DNA from: Gemmatimonadota bacterium
Lineage (GTDB): Bacteria > Gemmatimonadota > Gemmatimonadetes > Palauibacterales > Palauibacteraceae
Assembly: GCA_046758745.1 (NCBI GenBank)
Contig: JBHIAV010000037.1
Location: 1 to 29,872 of the forward strand
Reading direction: 5' to 3'
DNA: 29,872 bases
Position 1 is the first letter of the stretch; every line of letters starts with the position of its first letter. The notes under the pieces are model-generated. The model did no database searches and was not told the DNA's origin. It worked only from the letters and a program-made list of their open reading frames with translations. Below, one piece after another: positions 1 to 8,935 of this stretch. Position numbers and translations under genes: made by a program.

Positions 1-163
1 GGCCCACGTGGTCCACTTCGCCGATGTACACGAACGCGGCGTCCACGTCGGTCCTGGAGAGGTGCTCCACCGCGGCGGCCATGCTGAGGGAGTCGGCGAC
101 GTGATAGCTCAGGGAATACGCGTCTGCGACGAGGCAGGCGAGCAGGCGCCCCGGCTCGAAGCT
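1..163 (-). pseudogene. Fragment of an alkaline phosphatase / nucleotide pyrophosphatase family gene; runs off the window edge and its N-terminus appears to be missing
   Basis: Manual translation of the minus strand gives ...ADAYSLSYHVADSLSMAAAVEHLSRTDVDAAFVYIGEVDHVG. The 'FVYxGxxDHVG' segment resembles the metal-binding DxxGH region of this family. The only ATG is at 82, which would be mid-domain. Confidence 0.4.
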
Positions 164-165
164 CC

Positions 166-993
166 CTAGGCCGGCCGCTCCCGAGCGGACTCCGGTTTGG
201 TGGCAACGAGGAGGGCGTAGCCGAGCCTTCCCTGCCGCACGGCTTCGCCTGCGCACCTGGCCAGCGCCTTCGCGCGCTCGAGGTCGGCGGCGGGCAGCTC
301 CAGCTTCTTCAGTTTCGCGGCCAGCTCCGCCGCCAGGAGCTTCCCCCGAATGTCGCGGACCATCTGCGCCAGGGCCTCGTCGTGCGGCTCGACCCGCTCC
401 ACGACGAGCCCGGCGGCCTCGAGGTAACCGCGATACTCGGCGAGCGACCGCGCGTCCCCGATGCAGGCGATCCACGCCGCCAGGTCGTCCGGCCCCGCCG
501 GCAGCGGGCCCGTGCGCGTGACGTCGCTCAGCCCCAGGCGCCCGCCGGGCCGGAGCACGCGGCCGAACTCGCCGGCGGCGGCGGCCTTGTCGGGAAAGGT
601 GCAGAAGGCGCACTCGCAGATGAGCGCGTCGAACGCGCCATCGGCGAACGGCAGCCGTTCGGCGTCCCCCTGCTGGAAGACGACCCGGTCGGCTACCTCC
701 GTCTCGGCCGCGCCCGAGCGGGCGGTCGCCACGGATCGGCTCCCGTACTCGAGCCCCACCACCTCGCAGCCGAAGCGCCGCGCCAGAAAGACGGCGCTGG
801 CTCCGCTGCCGGCAGCCACGTCCAACACGCGGGCTCCCGGCCCCAGGCCGGCGAGCGCGCCCAGTCGCTCCGTGAGACCCAGACCGCCGGGGTGAAACGA
901 CTCGCCCAGCAGCAGGCGGGCCCAGTCACTCTCGTACAGGGCCGCGCAGCACGCCTTCAGGCTTTCCGAGGTTTCGGGCGTCGGGTTTCCCAT
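166..993 (-). CDS. Class I SAM-dependent methyltransferase with an ArsM-like Cys pattern
   Basis: SAM motif I VLDVAAGSG, GDAERLPFADGAFD and RVLRPGGRL. Also an N-terminal CC, ECAFCTFPDK and WIACIGDA. Lies 9 nt downstream of the radical SAM gene. Confidence 0.9.
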   Translation of the reverse strand: MGNPTPETSESLKACCAALYESDWARLLLGESFHPGGLGLTERLGALAGLGPGARVLDVAAGSGASAVFLARRFGCEVVGLEYGSRSVATARSGAAETEVADRVVFQQGDAERLPFADGAFDALICECAFCTFPDKAAAAGEFGRVLRPGGRLGLSDVTRTGPLPAGPDDLAAWIACIGDARSLAEYRGYLEAAGLVVERVEPHDEALAQMVRDIRGKLLAAELAAKLKKLELPAADLERAKALARCAGEAVRQGRLGYALLVATKPESARERPA

Positions 994-1002
994 CGATCGG
1001 TC

Positions 1003-2544
1003 CTACGTCGCCGAAGGCGCCGACGCATCGAACGAGCAGGCCGGCGGCGACGCGTCGAATGAGAAGCTCAGCGGCGCCGGCTGGAACGGCGCTCCTCGGG
1101 CCTGGGCCCGGGCCCGCTCTCGCTGCCTGCGCGCCAGTTGGGAGCGCGCCTGCTCTCGATACCCGACGCTGTTGTACGCACAGAACGGAATCTGCTTGCC
1201 GTCGGGCAACAGGATCGCCTTGCAGCACTTCATCACGTTCTTCTGGTTGAACGTCCAGGGATCCATGAAGTCCTGGAGCATGACCACGAACAGCCGGCCT
1301 GTGAGCAGGGCCAGGTCGACGTCCAACCCGCACGCGGAACAGGATGCGGCAAAATCCTGCCGCACCTTGTCGGAGCCGGGCACGGCGGAGGAGGACCACA
1401 GCCCCTCCAGCGCGCTGCGAAGGTCGACGTCGAGGACGACCCGATTCGCCAGGTGGTCCAGATAGTCGTCGACGTCCAGTAGACGGGTCAGCGGCAGGAC
1501 GGTGTCCCCCTCGACGTACGCGTACGTGACCGAGTTGCAGGTAGGAAAGCAGCAGGGGACGGGAACGAAATCGGAGACCGTGAACAGACCCTGCGTCTGC
1601 TCCTCGATCCATCGCAGCACATCCGGGTTGGTGACCCGTCGCAGTGGATCGTGGCGGCCGTAGCGGCCGGAATGAAAGGCGGGCTGAAAGGTGACGCCGA
1701 GCACGGCCGGGTGCTCGAGCCCGAAGCGGACGATGCGGCCGACCTCGTGCTCGTTCACCTCCCGCTCCACGGCCGCGACGAGGACGACCGGACAGGCGGC
1801 CTCGGCCAGTCGATCGAGCGCCTGGAGCTTGTCGTCCAGGATGTCCGGCTCGCCCCGGAGGATGCGGTAGGTGTCCCGCTCGAACCCGTCGAACTGGAAG
1901 TAGATGCCCGTTTGGATCGCCGCCAGCTCCGCGAGAAACGCGTCGTCGCGGGCGATGCGCCGGCCGTTGGTGTTGAGCATCACGTACGGGATGCCTCTCG
2001 CCATGGCCGCCTGCAGCATGGGGATGATCTCGGGATGAATCGACGGCTCGCCGCCCGAGAACTGGACGACCTCGGGGGTCCCCTCGGTCGCGACGAGGCG
2101 GTCCAGAATGCCCTCCACCTCCCCGAGGGTCAGGTTGAACCCGGAGCCCGCGTCGGCGAAGCACAGGGGGCAGTCCATGTCGCAGGCGCTGTTCACCTCG
2201 ATGATGCCCACACACACGTGCTGCTGGTGGTCGGGGCACAGGCCGCAGTCGTGGGGACATCCGTGCCGGATGCCGGTCGTGTACTCGAGGGGGGCGGTGC
2301 CCGGCCTGTTCAATCGGGTCTGGCTCGTGTACGCCTCCGCGTCGCCGTAGACGAGAGCCTCGAAGAGCCCGTGCTCGGGACAGCGCTTTCGCATGTACAC
2401 CTTGCCATCGCGCAGCAGGATATGCGCGTCGATCACCCGACGGCACTCCGGGCAGATGCTGCGCGTCAGCTCATGGAACACGTAGTCGGCATCGACCCTC
2501 GGCGCGCTGTCGATCCGAGCCGTTGTGGAAAGGCCTGGTTTCAT
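1003..2544 (-). CDS. Radical SAM protein of the COG1964 / MJ0619 (Tes, GDGT-MAS)-like family
   Basis: N-terminal rubredoxin-like SICPEC...KRCPEH, GCPHDCGLCPDH, radical SAM motif CDMDCPLC, QFSGGEP, LNTNG and C-terminal KCC...IPFCAYN. Start placed at ATG 2544 (MKPG); the ORF track extends to 2625. Confidence 0.9.
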   Translation of the reverse strand: MKPGLSTTARIDSAPRVDADYVFHELTRSICPECRRVIDAHILLRDGKVYMRKRCPEHGLFEALVYGDAEAYTSQTRLNRPGTAPLEYTTGIRHGCPHDCGLCPDHQQHVCVGIIEVNSACDMDCPLCFADAGSGFNLTLGEVEGILDRLVATEGTPEVVQFSGGEPSIHPEIIPMLQAAMARGIPYVMLNTNGRRIARDDAFLAELAAIQTGIYFQFDGFERDTYRILRGEPDILDDKLQALDRLAEAACPVVLVAAVEREVNEHEVGRIVRFGLEHPAVLGVTFQPAFHSGRYGRHDPLRRVTNPDVLRWIEEQTQGLFTVSDFVPVPCCFPTCNSVTYAYVEGDTVLPLTRLLDVDDYLDHLANRVVLDVDLRSALEGLWSSSAVPGSDKVRQDFAASCSACGLDVDLALLTGRLFVVMLQDFMDPWTFNQKNVMKCCKAILLPDGKQIPFCAYNSVGYREQARSQLARRQRERARAQARGAPFQPAPLSFSFDASPPACSFDASAPSAT

Positions 2545-2663
2545 CCGATCCCGCCTGTGAAGGTGCCCTAGTCCCACCGCCCTTCCGAGGCTCGCGCCCG
2601 CAGCGCACGCGAGTCCCGAGGCCATGAGGGGAACGTCCGCGGCACCGGGCGTGGTTCCTCACG

Positions 2664-2705
2664 GCCGGATGCTCCCCGCGCCCTGCCGGATGCTCCCTGC
2701 GCCCT
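2664..2705. repeat. Two tandem 21-bp repeats in a divergent intergenic region
   Basis: gccggatgctccccgcgccct followed by gccggatgctccctgcgccct, one mismatch. Confidence 0.85.
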
Positions 2706-2888
2706 GAAGGGCAGCAGGCCCTGTCGCGTCTCCGAGTCTGACACTCAGGAACGGTTCCGGGTATCTTGGCGATTACGGAAGAGCAAGGGTAGATTGCTGC
2801 CTAGATCGGGCTGCGGACGGGGCGCTGTAGATCAGCCGACCCCCTTGGATCCTCTCCCGCAGGTGCCGCAGCGAAAGGAAGTCATTGC

Positions 2889-3299
2889 ATGCGAATCCCT
2901 CGCGCGGTCTCTCTCACCGTCCTGGTTGGCGGGCTCGCCTGCAGCGGTGGATCGACGGGCTCCTCTGGCGACACGGGCACTCGTTCGCCCCCAACGTCGC
3001 CGCCGTCCGGGCCAGCCACGGTCTCGGTCGGCATTCAGGACTTCAGCTTCGCGCCCGCGAACGTCAACATCCGCGTCGGTACGGAGGTGAGCTGGACCAA
3101 CAACGGTCCTTCCAACCATACGACCACCTCCGATGCAGGCCTATGGGACAGCGGGTCGATCTCACCGCCGGCAAGTGGTGGTTACGGTGGCGGAGCCGCC
3201 GGGGGAAGCTACCGTCGAACCTTCGATCAGATGGGAACCTTCGCTTATCGCTGCTCCTTTCACCCTTCCATGCGGGGCACGATCGTCGTCTCGCAGTAA
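2889..3299 (+). CDS. Plastocyanin/amicyanin-like cupredoxin lipoprotein
   Basis: Lipobox GLAC and a Ser/Pro/Thr linker. Type-1 copper ligands are present: NHT and YRCSFHPSMRG. AAGGAA lies upstream. Confidence 0.92.
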   Translation: MRIPRAVSLTVLVGGLACSGGSTGSSGDTGTRSPPTSPPSGPATVSVGIQDFSFAPANVNIRVGTEVSWTNNGPSNHTTTSDAGLWDSGSISPPASGGYGGGAAGGSYRRTFDQMGTFAYRCSFHPSMRGTIVVSQ

Positions 3300-3477
3300 C
3301 CATCGAAGCGACGAAGCGGTGTTGTCTACCCCGGCTACGGCCTACCGCCGGCCGGGTGTGCCGCCTGAAACGTGGGGCGGCTCCCGAAAGCAGCGCGTGG
3401 ATGACCCGGTCCCCCAGATGCACGAAAGCCCCGCCGGAGCGGGACTCTGTGCGCGCTGATAGGAACCGCCAAGGGGG

Positions 3478-3966
3478 CTAGAAGATCACCCCTCCGGTGA
3501 TCAGAAACTGCTCGCCGCCGGACACCTCGACCCGAAGTTCCGCAAAGGGTATGACCGGCCCGCTGCCGAAGCGCGTGCCGCCGAGCAGGTTGAGTCCGAG
3601 GTCCGTGTCGGACGTATCCCGCCCGTCACTGAAGGTACGAGATCCGTGGGCGATGTTCAGACCTCCCCCCGCGTACGGGGCGAGGCTCGTCGCGCTCCCG
3701 ACATCGAAGAAGTAGGCCAGGTTTCCGTTCAGCTCCCAGTAGTCGCGGTCACCGCCGACAGGTTCGTCCGGAAAAAAGTAGTCGAATGAGCCGTTGAATT
3801 CCACGCGCTTGAGGGACTCGACGCCCAGCATCAGCCGCGCCCCCAGCCCCACATCCTGGCTGTCCCCGAAGCTCAGCTGGCCTCCGAAGCGAGCCTGGGC
3901 GTTGAGATCCGAGACGCCTAGCAGGAACAGAGAAGCGCAGGCGATCAGCACCATTCGCTTACCCAT
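3478..3966 (-). CDS. Small outer-membrane beta-barrel protein (OmpA/OmpW-like)
   Basis: Signal peptide MGKRMVLIACASLFLLGVSDLNA, alternating beta strands (WELNGNLAY, PYAGGGL, LGLNLLGG) and C-terminal Phe. AGGAG precedes ATG 3966. Confidence 0.88.
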   Translation of the reverse strand: MGKRMVLIACASLFLLGVSDLNAQARFGGQLSFGDSQDVGLGARLMLGVESLKRVEFNGSFDYFFPDEPVGGDRDYWELNGNLAYFFDVGSATSLAPYAGGGLNIAHGSRTFSDGRDTSDTDLGLNLLGGTRFGSGPVIPFAELRVEVSGGEQFLITGGVIF

Positions 3967-4112
3967 GATCGGCTCTCCTGTCCGGATGAAGGCGGTGTGC
4001 TCAGGCCCCTCGGGCCCCCCACGACGATGAGCCTTGGGCCCCAGACCGCAAAACCAGTGCCGATTGTTGCCGTAACGTAGTGTGGGATCGATAACTATCG
4101 CGCTACGAGGCA

Positions 4113-4140
4113 ATTATAGGGAACGACCGAGGTCTCTCGA
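4113..4140 (-). promoter_or_regulatory. Possible sigma70 promoter for the outer-membrane protein gene
   Basis: Perfect TATAAT (4118-4113) in high-GC DNA with TCGAGA 16 nt upstream, a weak -35 match. Confidence 0.35.
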
Positions 4141-4529
4141 CCTGGGTGCCCAGGCCTCGGTTCCGAACCGCTATTGCGAGATGCAGTGAATCTGGCGGGT
4201 AGGGAACCGAGGCCCTCTCCCCGAAGCCGTCGTTCGCTCACACGGATAGGTAAGGATCCGTCGGTCGGCAGGAAGAAGGATCCGGAGGTCGCCAACACCC
4301 GGTTCGGAATCCCGGCGTGCGGTCCCGGACCACCGTGGCTATCGGCGTCGTCGATCGCGCACCCCGCCGGATGCAGGAAAGCCTTGCCGTGGCGCGCTCC
4401 CGCTGAAACGACAGCCGTCGCCCTGAGTCGACAAGCAGCCGGGGCTGTGGTATCGTTTGTTGGGGCAGGTCACCAGCCCCACCAACGACCCGCGAACGCC
4501 ACACTCGTTTCGGGCACTAGGGGGCGCGA

Positions 4530-5198
4530 ATGCCCGGCTCTCTGCCACCCGAGCTTGCCAGCCTCCTTCATTCGAGCGATCCGGACTCCCGCGAACAGGC
4601 GTGGTCGAGGTTTCTCGCACGGTATAGCGGTCTGCTGCTGCACACGGCACGGAGCCTCGGTGGCTCGTACGACGCGGGCATGGACCGTTATCGATATGTG
4701 ATCGAAGAACTGAGGAGGGAGGATTTCAAACGACTCCGAAAGTTCGCCGCGGGCGGGCGGAGCAGTTTCACCACGTGGCTCGTGGTCGTGAGCCGCCACC
4801 TGTGTCACGATTACCGCCGCGCTCGCTACGGCCGAGATCGTGAATCTGCCGAGGGAACGGACGTTCCGAGCGGGTCCCAGGCCACCCGTCGTCGACTCAT
4901 CGATCTGATTGCGAGCGAGTTGGATCCCTCGACGCTACGAGACCGGACGCTCGCCGATCCTGAGAGGCAACTCAGAGCGGCCGAGCTATCGCAAGCTCTG
5001 GAAGCGGCGCTCAGCCCACTTCCGGAACGTGACCGTCTGCTCCTGAAGCTGCGCTTCGAAGACGACGTTCCGGTTCGGGAGATCTCTCAGCTGATGAGAT
5101 TCCCGACGGTCTTCCACGTCTATCGCCGATTGAAAGCCGTGCTCCAAGACCTCCGAGAACGGATGCAGGAGAAGGGGATCGACGGTTCCCTTCCCTGA
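4530..5198 (+). CDS. ECF-type sigma-70 family RNA polymerase sigma factor
   Basis: Region 2 (AWSRFLARY...SFTTWLVVVSRHLCHDYRR) and region 4 HTH (LPERDRLLLKLRFEDDVPVREISQLM). Directly upstream of an anti-sigma gene. Confidence 0.92.
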   Translation: MPGSLPPELASLLHSSDPDSREQAWSRFLARYSGLLLHTARSLGGSYDAGMDRYRYVIEELRREDFKRLRKFAAGGRSSFTTWLVVVSRHLCHDYRRARYGRDRESAEGTDVPSGSQATRRRLIDLIASELDPSTLRDRTLADPERQLRAAELSQALEAALSPLPERDRLLLKLRFEDDVPVREISQLMRFPTVFHVYRRLKAVLQDLRERMQEKGIDGSLP

Positions 5199-5247
5199 GC
5201 GGGCTGCCGCCGCACGGGCAAAAAAGAGGAACAGGGTGAATAGGGCC

Positions 5248-5280
5248 GCGCAAGAAACTCATCCCCTTTCCGTATTACAT
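5248..5280 (+). promoter_or_regulatory. Putative cognate ECF promoter, copy 1 (GCGCAAGAA-N12-TCCGT-N3-ACAT)
   Basis: The same motif with identical spacing recurs at 8866-8898. Both copies sit just upstream of a gene start. Confidence 0.6.
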
Positions 5281-5329
5281 AACCAGAGGCGTACGCGCCG
5301 ATGACTCTCAGCGAGCGACAGCGACTACG

Positions 5330-5929
5330 ATGAATCGCCCCGACGGCTCCCGGGAGACACACGTGGACAGTGAGGCCATCGCCGCCTACCTCGACGGCGT
5401 GCTCTCGCCCGGTGAGACAGCCTCCGTCGAGGGCCACCTGGCGGACTGTCCCTCCTGCCGGAGCGGCGTGACGGAAGCGGCACGATTGCTCCGCTCACGG
5501 CACCGACGTCGGCGTTGGTTCATCGCGGGTCCGGCGGTTGCAGCGGCCGCGGCAGCCATTCTCATCTTCTCCTCGTCGCCGACCGGTGTGCCGGAGCCGG
5601 CGGACGGAGTCGTGCGTGGCGGAGAGCTGGCCGAATCAGAAGCCGTGCCGAGAATCACCCCGCTCGCGCCTCGGCCCGGCAGCGTAGTCGGTACCGACTC
5701 GATCGTCTTCCTCTGGGAGAGCGTTGGCGGCCGCGTCACGTATCGCGTGACGCTCACCCTCGAGAGCGGCGACGTGCTGTGGACGGAGGATACGTCCGAC
5801 ACGACGATCGCCCTTCCTTCCGGCATCGAGATGGCACCCGATCGAGTCTACTTCTGGTATGTCGATGCTCTGATGGCTGACGCCTCATCGGCGACGACAG
5901 GTGTTCAGGAATTCCGGACGGCTCCGTGA
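5330..5929 (+). CDS. zf-HC2 (ZAS) anti-sigma factor with a TM helix and an extracytoplasmic beta-sandwich domain
   Basis: IAAYLDGVL...EGHLADCPSC (HxxxCxxC), a basic patch, TM helix WFIAGPAVAAAAAAILIF, linker VVRGG and an Fn3-like C-terminus (FLWESV..YRVTL..YFWYVDA). Confidence 0.9.
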   Translation: MNRPDGSRETHVDSEAIAAYLDGVLSPGETASVEGHLADCPSCRSGVTEAARLLRSRHRRRRWFIAGPAVAAAAAAILIFSSSPTGVPEPADGVVRGGELAESEAVPRITPLAPRPGSVVGTDSIVFLWESVGGRVTYRVTLTLESGDVLWTEDTSDTTIALPSGIEMAPDRVYFWYVDALMADASSATTGVQEFRTAP

Positions 5930-8901
5930 GTTCGGCAGCCCACGTTCGGGCAGCCGCGGGTCTTCTGCTGTTCGGGCTTCTCGCGTGTGAGGGGCGGGGC
6001 GCGCCGGAGGACACGCGCACCGGCCAACTTCCATCATCCACTACCAGCGAAGGGCATAGCGCCAGCCTCGATTCTCTGATGGCGGCGGGGGCAGGGGCGT
6101 ACTCCGCCGGCGACTTCGAGATGGCGCGGAAGCTGCTCCACGAAGCCCTTGGAGTCGCCGGCCGCGGCGCCGACAGCACCCAGGTAGCGCGAATCCTCAC
6201 CTCGCTGGGGCTCGCATCGTATCGACTGGGCGATTACGAAGAGGCGCGGCGCCTCGGTGAGGGAGCACTCGAGCTCAAGCTGCGGCTCCACCACCATGAG
6301 ACCCTCTTCCGCTCGTACAATGCGCTCGGACTTCTGGCCTGGAACGAGGGGCGTCTGTTCGACGCATCCGACCACTACGAGAAGGCCTTCGAGGTCGCCG
6401 AGGCGAGACGCGACACGGCCAGCCTGGCGAAAGTCTCCAACAACCTCGGGCTCCTGCTCACGGAACTGGGCGACTTCCCGGAGGCGCGGCGCCGTTTCCT
6501 CGATGGGCTGAACGCCTCTCGGGCGGCGGGCGATGCCGTGGTCGAGGGGCGAGTTCTCAACAATCTGGGCATGCTCGACTACGAAGTGGGCAACCCCCTC
6601 TCGGCGATCGCCTTCGTCCAGCAGGCTCGACCGGTGCTTCGAGCAGCGGGCGACGTCACGGGCGAGCAGAACGCCCTCGGCCAGCTCGGCGTGGCCTATG
6701 CCGCCATCGGCGAGCCGGGGCGCTCGATCGCCTACCTGGACAGTGCGTTGCAGCAGTCCCGCGTCCAGGGACTGCGACAGGAGGAGGCGGGCAACCTGGA
6801 ACTGCTGGGCGAACGGTACCACGGAGCCGGAGACTTCGGACGGGCGCTGGAACTGTACGCCGAGGCGCAGGCGATCAACCGGGAGCTGGGACTCGCGCTC
6901 GAGATGGGGACCGACCTGCGCGCGGAAGCCGAGATCCACGCGGCGCTTGGTAACCTCGGTACCGCAAGGGAACTGGCCGACCGGGCTCTGGAGATTCACC
7001 GGAGAGCCGGCGCCCGGTTCGAGGAACTGCGCGATCTGCTCATGCTTGCCGAGCTCGCGCACGAGGACGGTCGCTCCGAGGAGACGAGCCTCCACCTCGC
7101 TGCGGCGCGACAGCTCGCCGAACGGCTGGAGGCGCCCCGGGCCTGGGCCGGCGTCGCGCTTTCGCGGGCGCGACTGGCCGAGCGGGAGGAAGACGCGCTA
7201 CAGGTCTTACGGGTGCTGGACGCCGCGACCCGGGAGCTCTCAGTGGGTGGGTACGGGACGGCGTGGGAGCTCCATGCGCTGAAGGCGCGGGCTCACGCGC
7301 GTCTCGGCGCCCTGGACTCGGCCGCGGCCGCCGGTAGGCGGGCAATGGCCGCCGTGGAACGTGTGCGGGGGCAATTCGGCTCCGGAGCCCTGCGGACCTC
7401 GTACACGTCAGAAAGGGCCACGGCATACTGGGATCTCGTCGACGTGCTTCTTCTCCTCGGGCTCACCGAGGAGGCATTCGAGGTGGCCGATGCGGCCCGA
7501 GGTCGGGCTCTGCTCGAGCAGCTGGCTGCCTCTCCTTCGGCCGGGCCGGGGAGTGGAGCGACGGTCCGAATGCTCGCCGAGGGAGAGAGACACCTGCTCC
7601 GACAGATCGATTCGCTGTTGGTGTGGATCGACGAGCTCAGCGACACGGCGGGGCCGGACGCCAGGGCCGATCTCGAGGCCGACCTCGAGCGCCTCAACGC
7701 GCAACTCCAACGAGCGAGGGCGGATTACGAGGCGGCACTCGTGCGGGCCGAGGAGCTGGATCCCGTGGGACTGACGTTGGCGGGGGGAAGGCGGCAGAGC
7801 GCGGCGCGAGTGAAGAGCGCTCTCAGGCCGGGCGAGGTGTTGCTGCAATACCTCGTCATGCCGGAGAAGACCGTGACGTTCGTCGTCACGCGGGACGCGG
7901 TGAGGGTGTTCGAGACGCGGATCACACGCGCGAACCTGGCCAGCCGGGTTCGGGTCGCGCGCGATCTGTTGGCCCGGCGTTCGCCCCACACACAGCGGGG
8001 GTACGCGGCGCTCGAAGCGTTGTACGAAACCCTGATCGCGCCCGCGGCCAGGGCCGGGAGGCTCGACAGTGCGGTTCGGTTGATCATCGTGCCGCAGGGA
8101 GAGCTGAACTATCTCCCGTTCGCGGCGCTGCGCGACGTGCGGGAAGGTATCTATCTGGCCGAACGATACGTGGTTACGAATTTGCCGTCGGCGGCGGCGC
8201 TTCCTGTCCTGCGGGAAAGAGAGAAGGCGGGCACGAACGTGGCGACGGCTGGAGCGGCCGCGTTCGCGCCATACCCGGAGGAGCTTCCGGCCACCTCCCA
8301 GGAGGTTTCGGTCTTCCGACAGCAGTTGTCGGGCGCGTCCGTGTACCTGAGCGGGCGCGCGACGGAGTCGAACTTTCGTCGCTCGCTCGCTGAAGGCGCC
8401 ATCGTCCACGCGGCCACCCACGGCATTCTGAACGCCCGGAGTCCGATGTTCTCCAGGATCGAGCTCGCCCGCGGCTCGGGCGATCGTTCCTCCGACGACG
8501 GCCGCTTCGAGGTTCACGAGCTGATGAGGGTTTCTGTGACCAGCCCGCTCGTATTCCTCTCCGGCTGCGAGACCGGGGTGGGCGCGGCGTGGTCCACGGC
8601 CTTCGAGAGAGGAGAGGATTACGCGACGCTCGCCCAGGCCTTCCTGTACGCCGGGGCCAGCAACGTCATCGCGACCCTGTGGCGCGTAGAGGACGAGGGG
8701 GCTGCCGCCTTCGCCGAGAGCTTCTACCGCCACCTTAGATCCCGGTCGGCCGCGGAGTCGCTGGCAGCGGCTCAGCGCGAGATGATCGCACATCCACGCT
8801 ACGGCGAGCCGTACTACTGGGCGCCCTACCGCTTGAGCGGAACCGGAGAGCTGGTCGTCTCATCTGCGCAAGAATCCGGACCGATGTCCGTGAGACATTG
8901 A
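5926..8901 (+). CDS. TPR-CHAT domain caspase-like cysteine protease, probable lipoprotein
   Basis: GTGA overlap with the anti-sigma stop, lipobox GLLAC and many TPRs (YNALGLL, SNNLGLL, LNNLGML). CHAT motifs are LIIVPQGELNYLPFAAL, catalytic His in HAATHG, Cys in LSGCETG, VIATLWRV and PYYWAPY. Confidence 0.95.
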   Translation: MSSAAHVRAAAGLLLFGLLACEGRGAPEDTRTGQLPSSTTSEGHSASLDSLMAAGAGAYSAGDFEMARKLLHEALGVAGRGADSTQVARILTSLGLASYRLGDYEEARRLGEGALELKLRLHHHETLFRSYNALGLLAWNEGRLFDASDHYEKAFEVAEARRDTASLAKVSNNLGLLLTELGDFPEARRRFLDGLNASRAAGDAVVEGRVLNNLGMLDYEVGNPLSAIAFVQQARPVLRAAGDVTGEQNALGQLGVAYAAIGEPGRSIAYLDSALQQSRVQGLRQEEAGNLELLGERYHGAGDFGRALELYAEAQAINRELGLALEMGTDLRAEAEIHAALGNLGTARELADRALEIHRRAGARFEELRDLLMLAELAHEDGRSEETSLHLAAARQLAERLEAPRAWAGVALSRARLAEREEDALQVLRVLDAATRELSVGGYGTAWELHALKARAHARLGALDSAAAAGRRAMAAVERVRGQFGSGALRTSYTSERATAYWDLVDVLLLLGLTEEAFEVADAARGRALLEQLAASPSAGPGSGATVRMLAEGERHLLRQIDSLLVWIDELSDTAGPDARADLEADLERLNAQLQRARADYEAALVRAEELDPVGLTLAGGRRQSAARVKSALRPGEVLLQYLVMPEKTVTFVVTRDAVRVFETRITRANLASRVRVARDLLARRSPHTQRGYAALEALYETLIAPAARAGRLDSAVRLIIVPQGELNYLPFAALRDVREGIYLAERYVVTNLPSAAALPVLREREKAGTNVATAGAAAFAPYPEELPATSQEVSVFRQQLSGASVYLSGRATESNFRRSLAEGAIVHAATHGILNARSPMFSRIELARGSGDRSSDDGRFEVHELMRVSVTSPLVFLSGCETGVGAAWSTAFERGEDYATLAQAFLYAGASNVIATLWRVEDEGAAAFAESFYRHLRSRSAAESLAAAQREMIAHPRYGEPYYWAPYRLSGTGELVVSSAQESGPMSVRH
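8866..8898 (+). promoter_or_regulatory. Putative cognate ECF promoter, copy 2, embedded in the last codons of the CHAT gene
   Basis: gcgcaagaa-tccggaccgatg-tccgt-gag-acat, matching 5248-5280 and ending 37 nt before ATG 8936. Confidence 0.6.
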
Positions 8902-8935
8902 TAAGAAGTATCGCTTTCGACTGCGGAGAGACTCA

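Noticed and set aside
4042-4072. Third copy of the ECF promoter motif upstream of the OMP gene (minus strand GGCAACAA...GCGGTCT)
   Set aside because: Both elements and the spacing deviate from the two clear copies.
5926-8901. Type III-E CRISPR Csx29
   Set aside because: There is no Cas7-11, Csx30/31 or array in the window, and the protein carries a lipoprotein signal.
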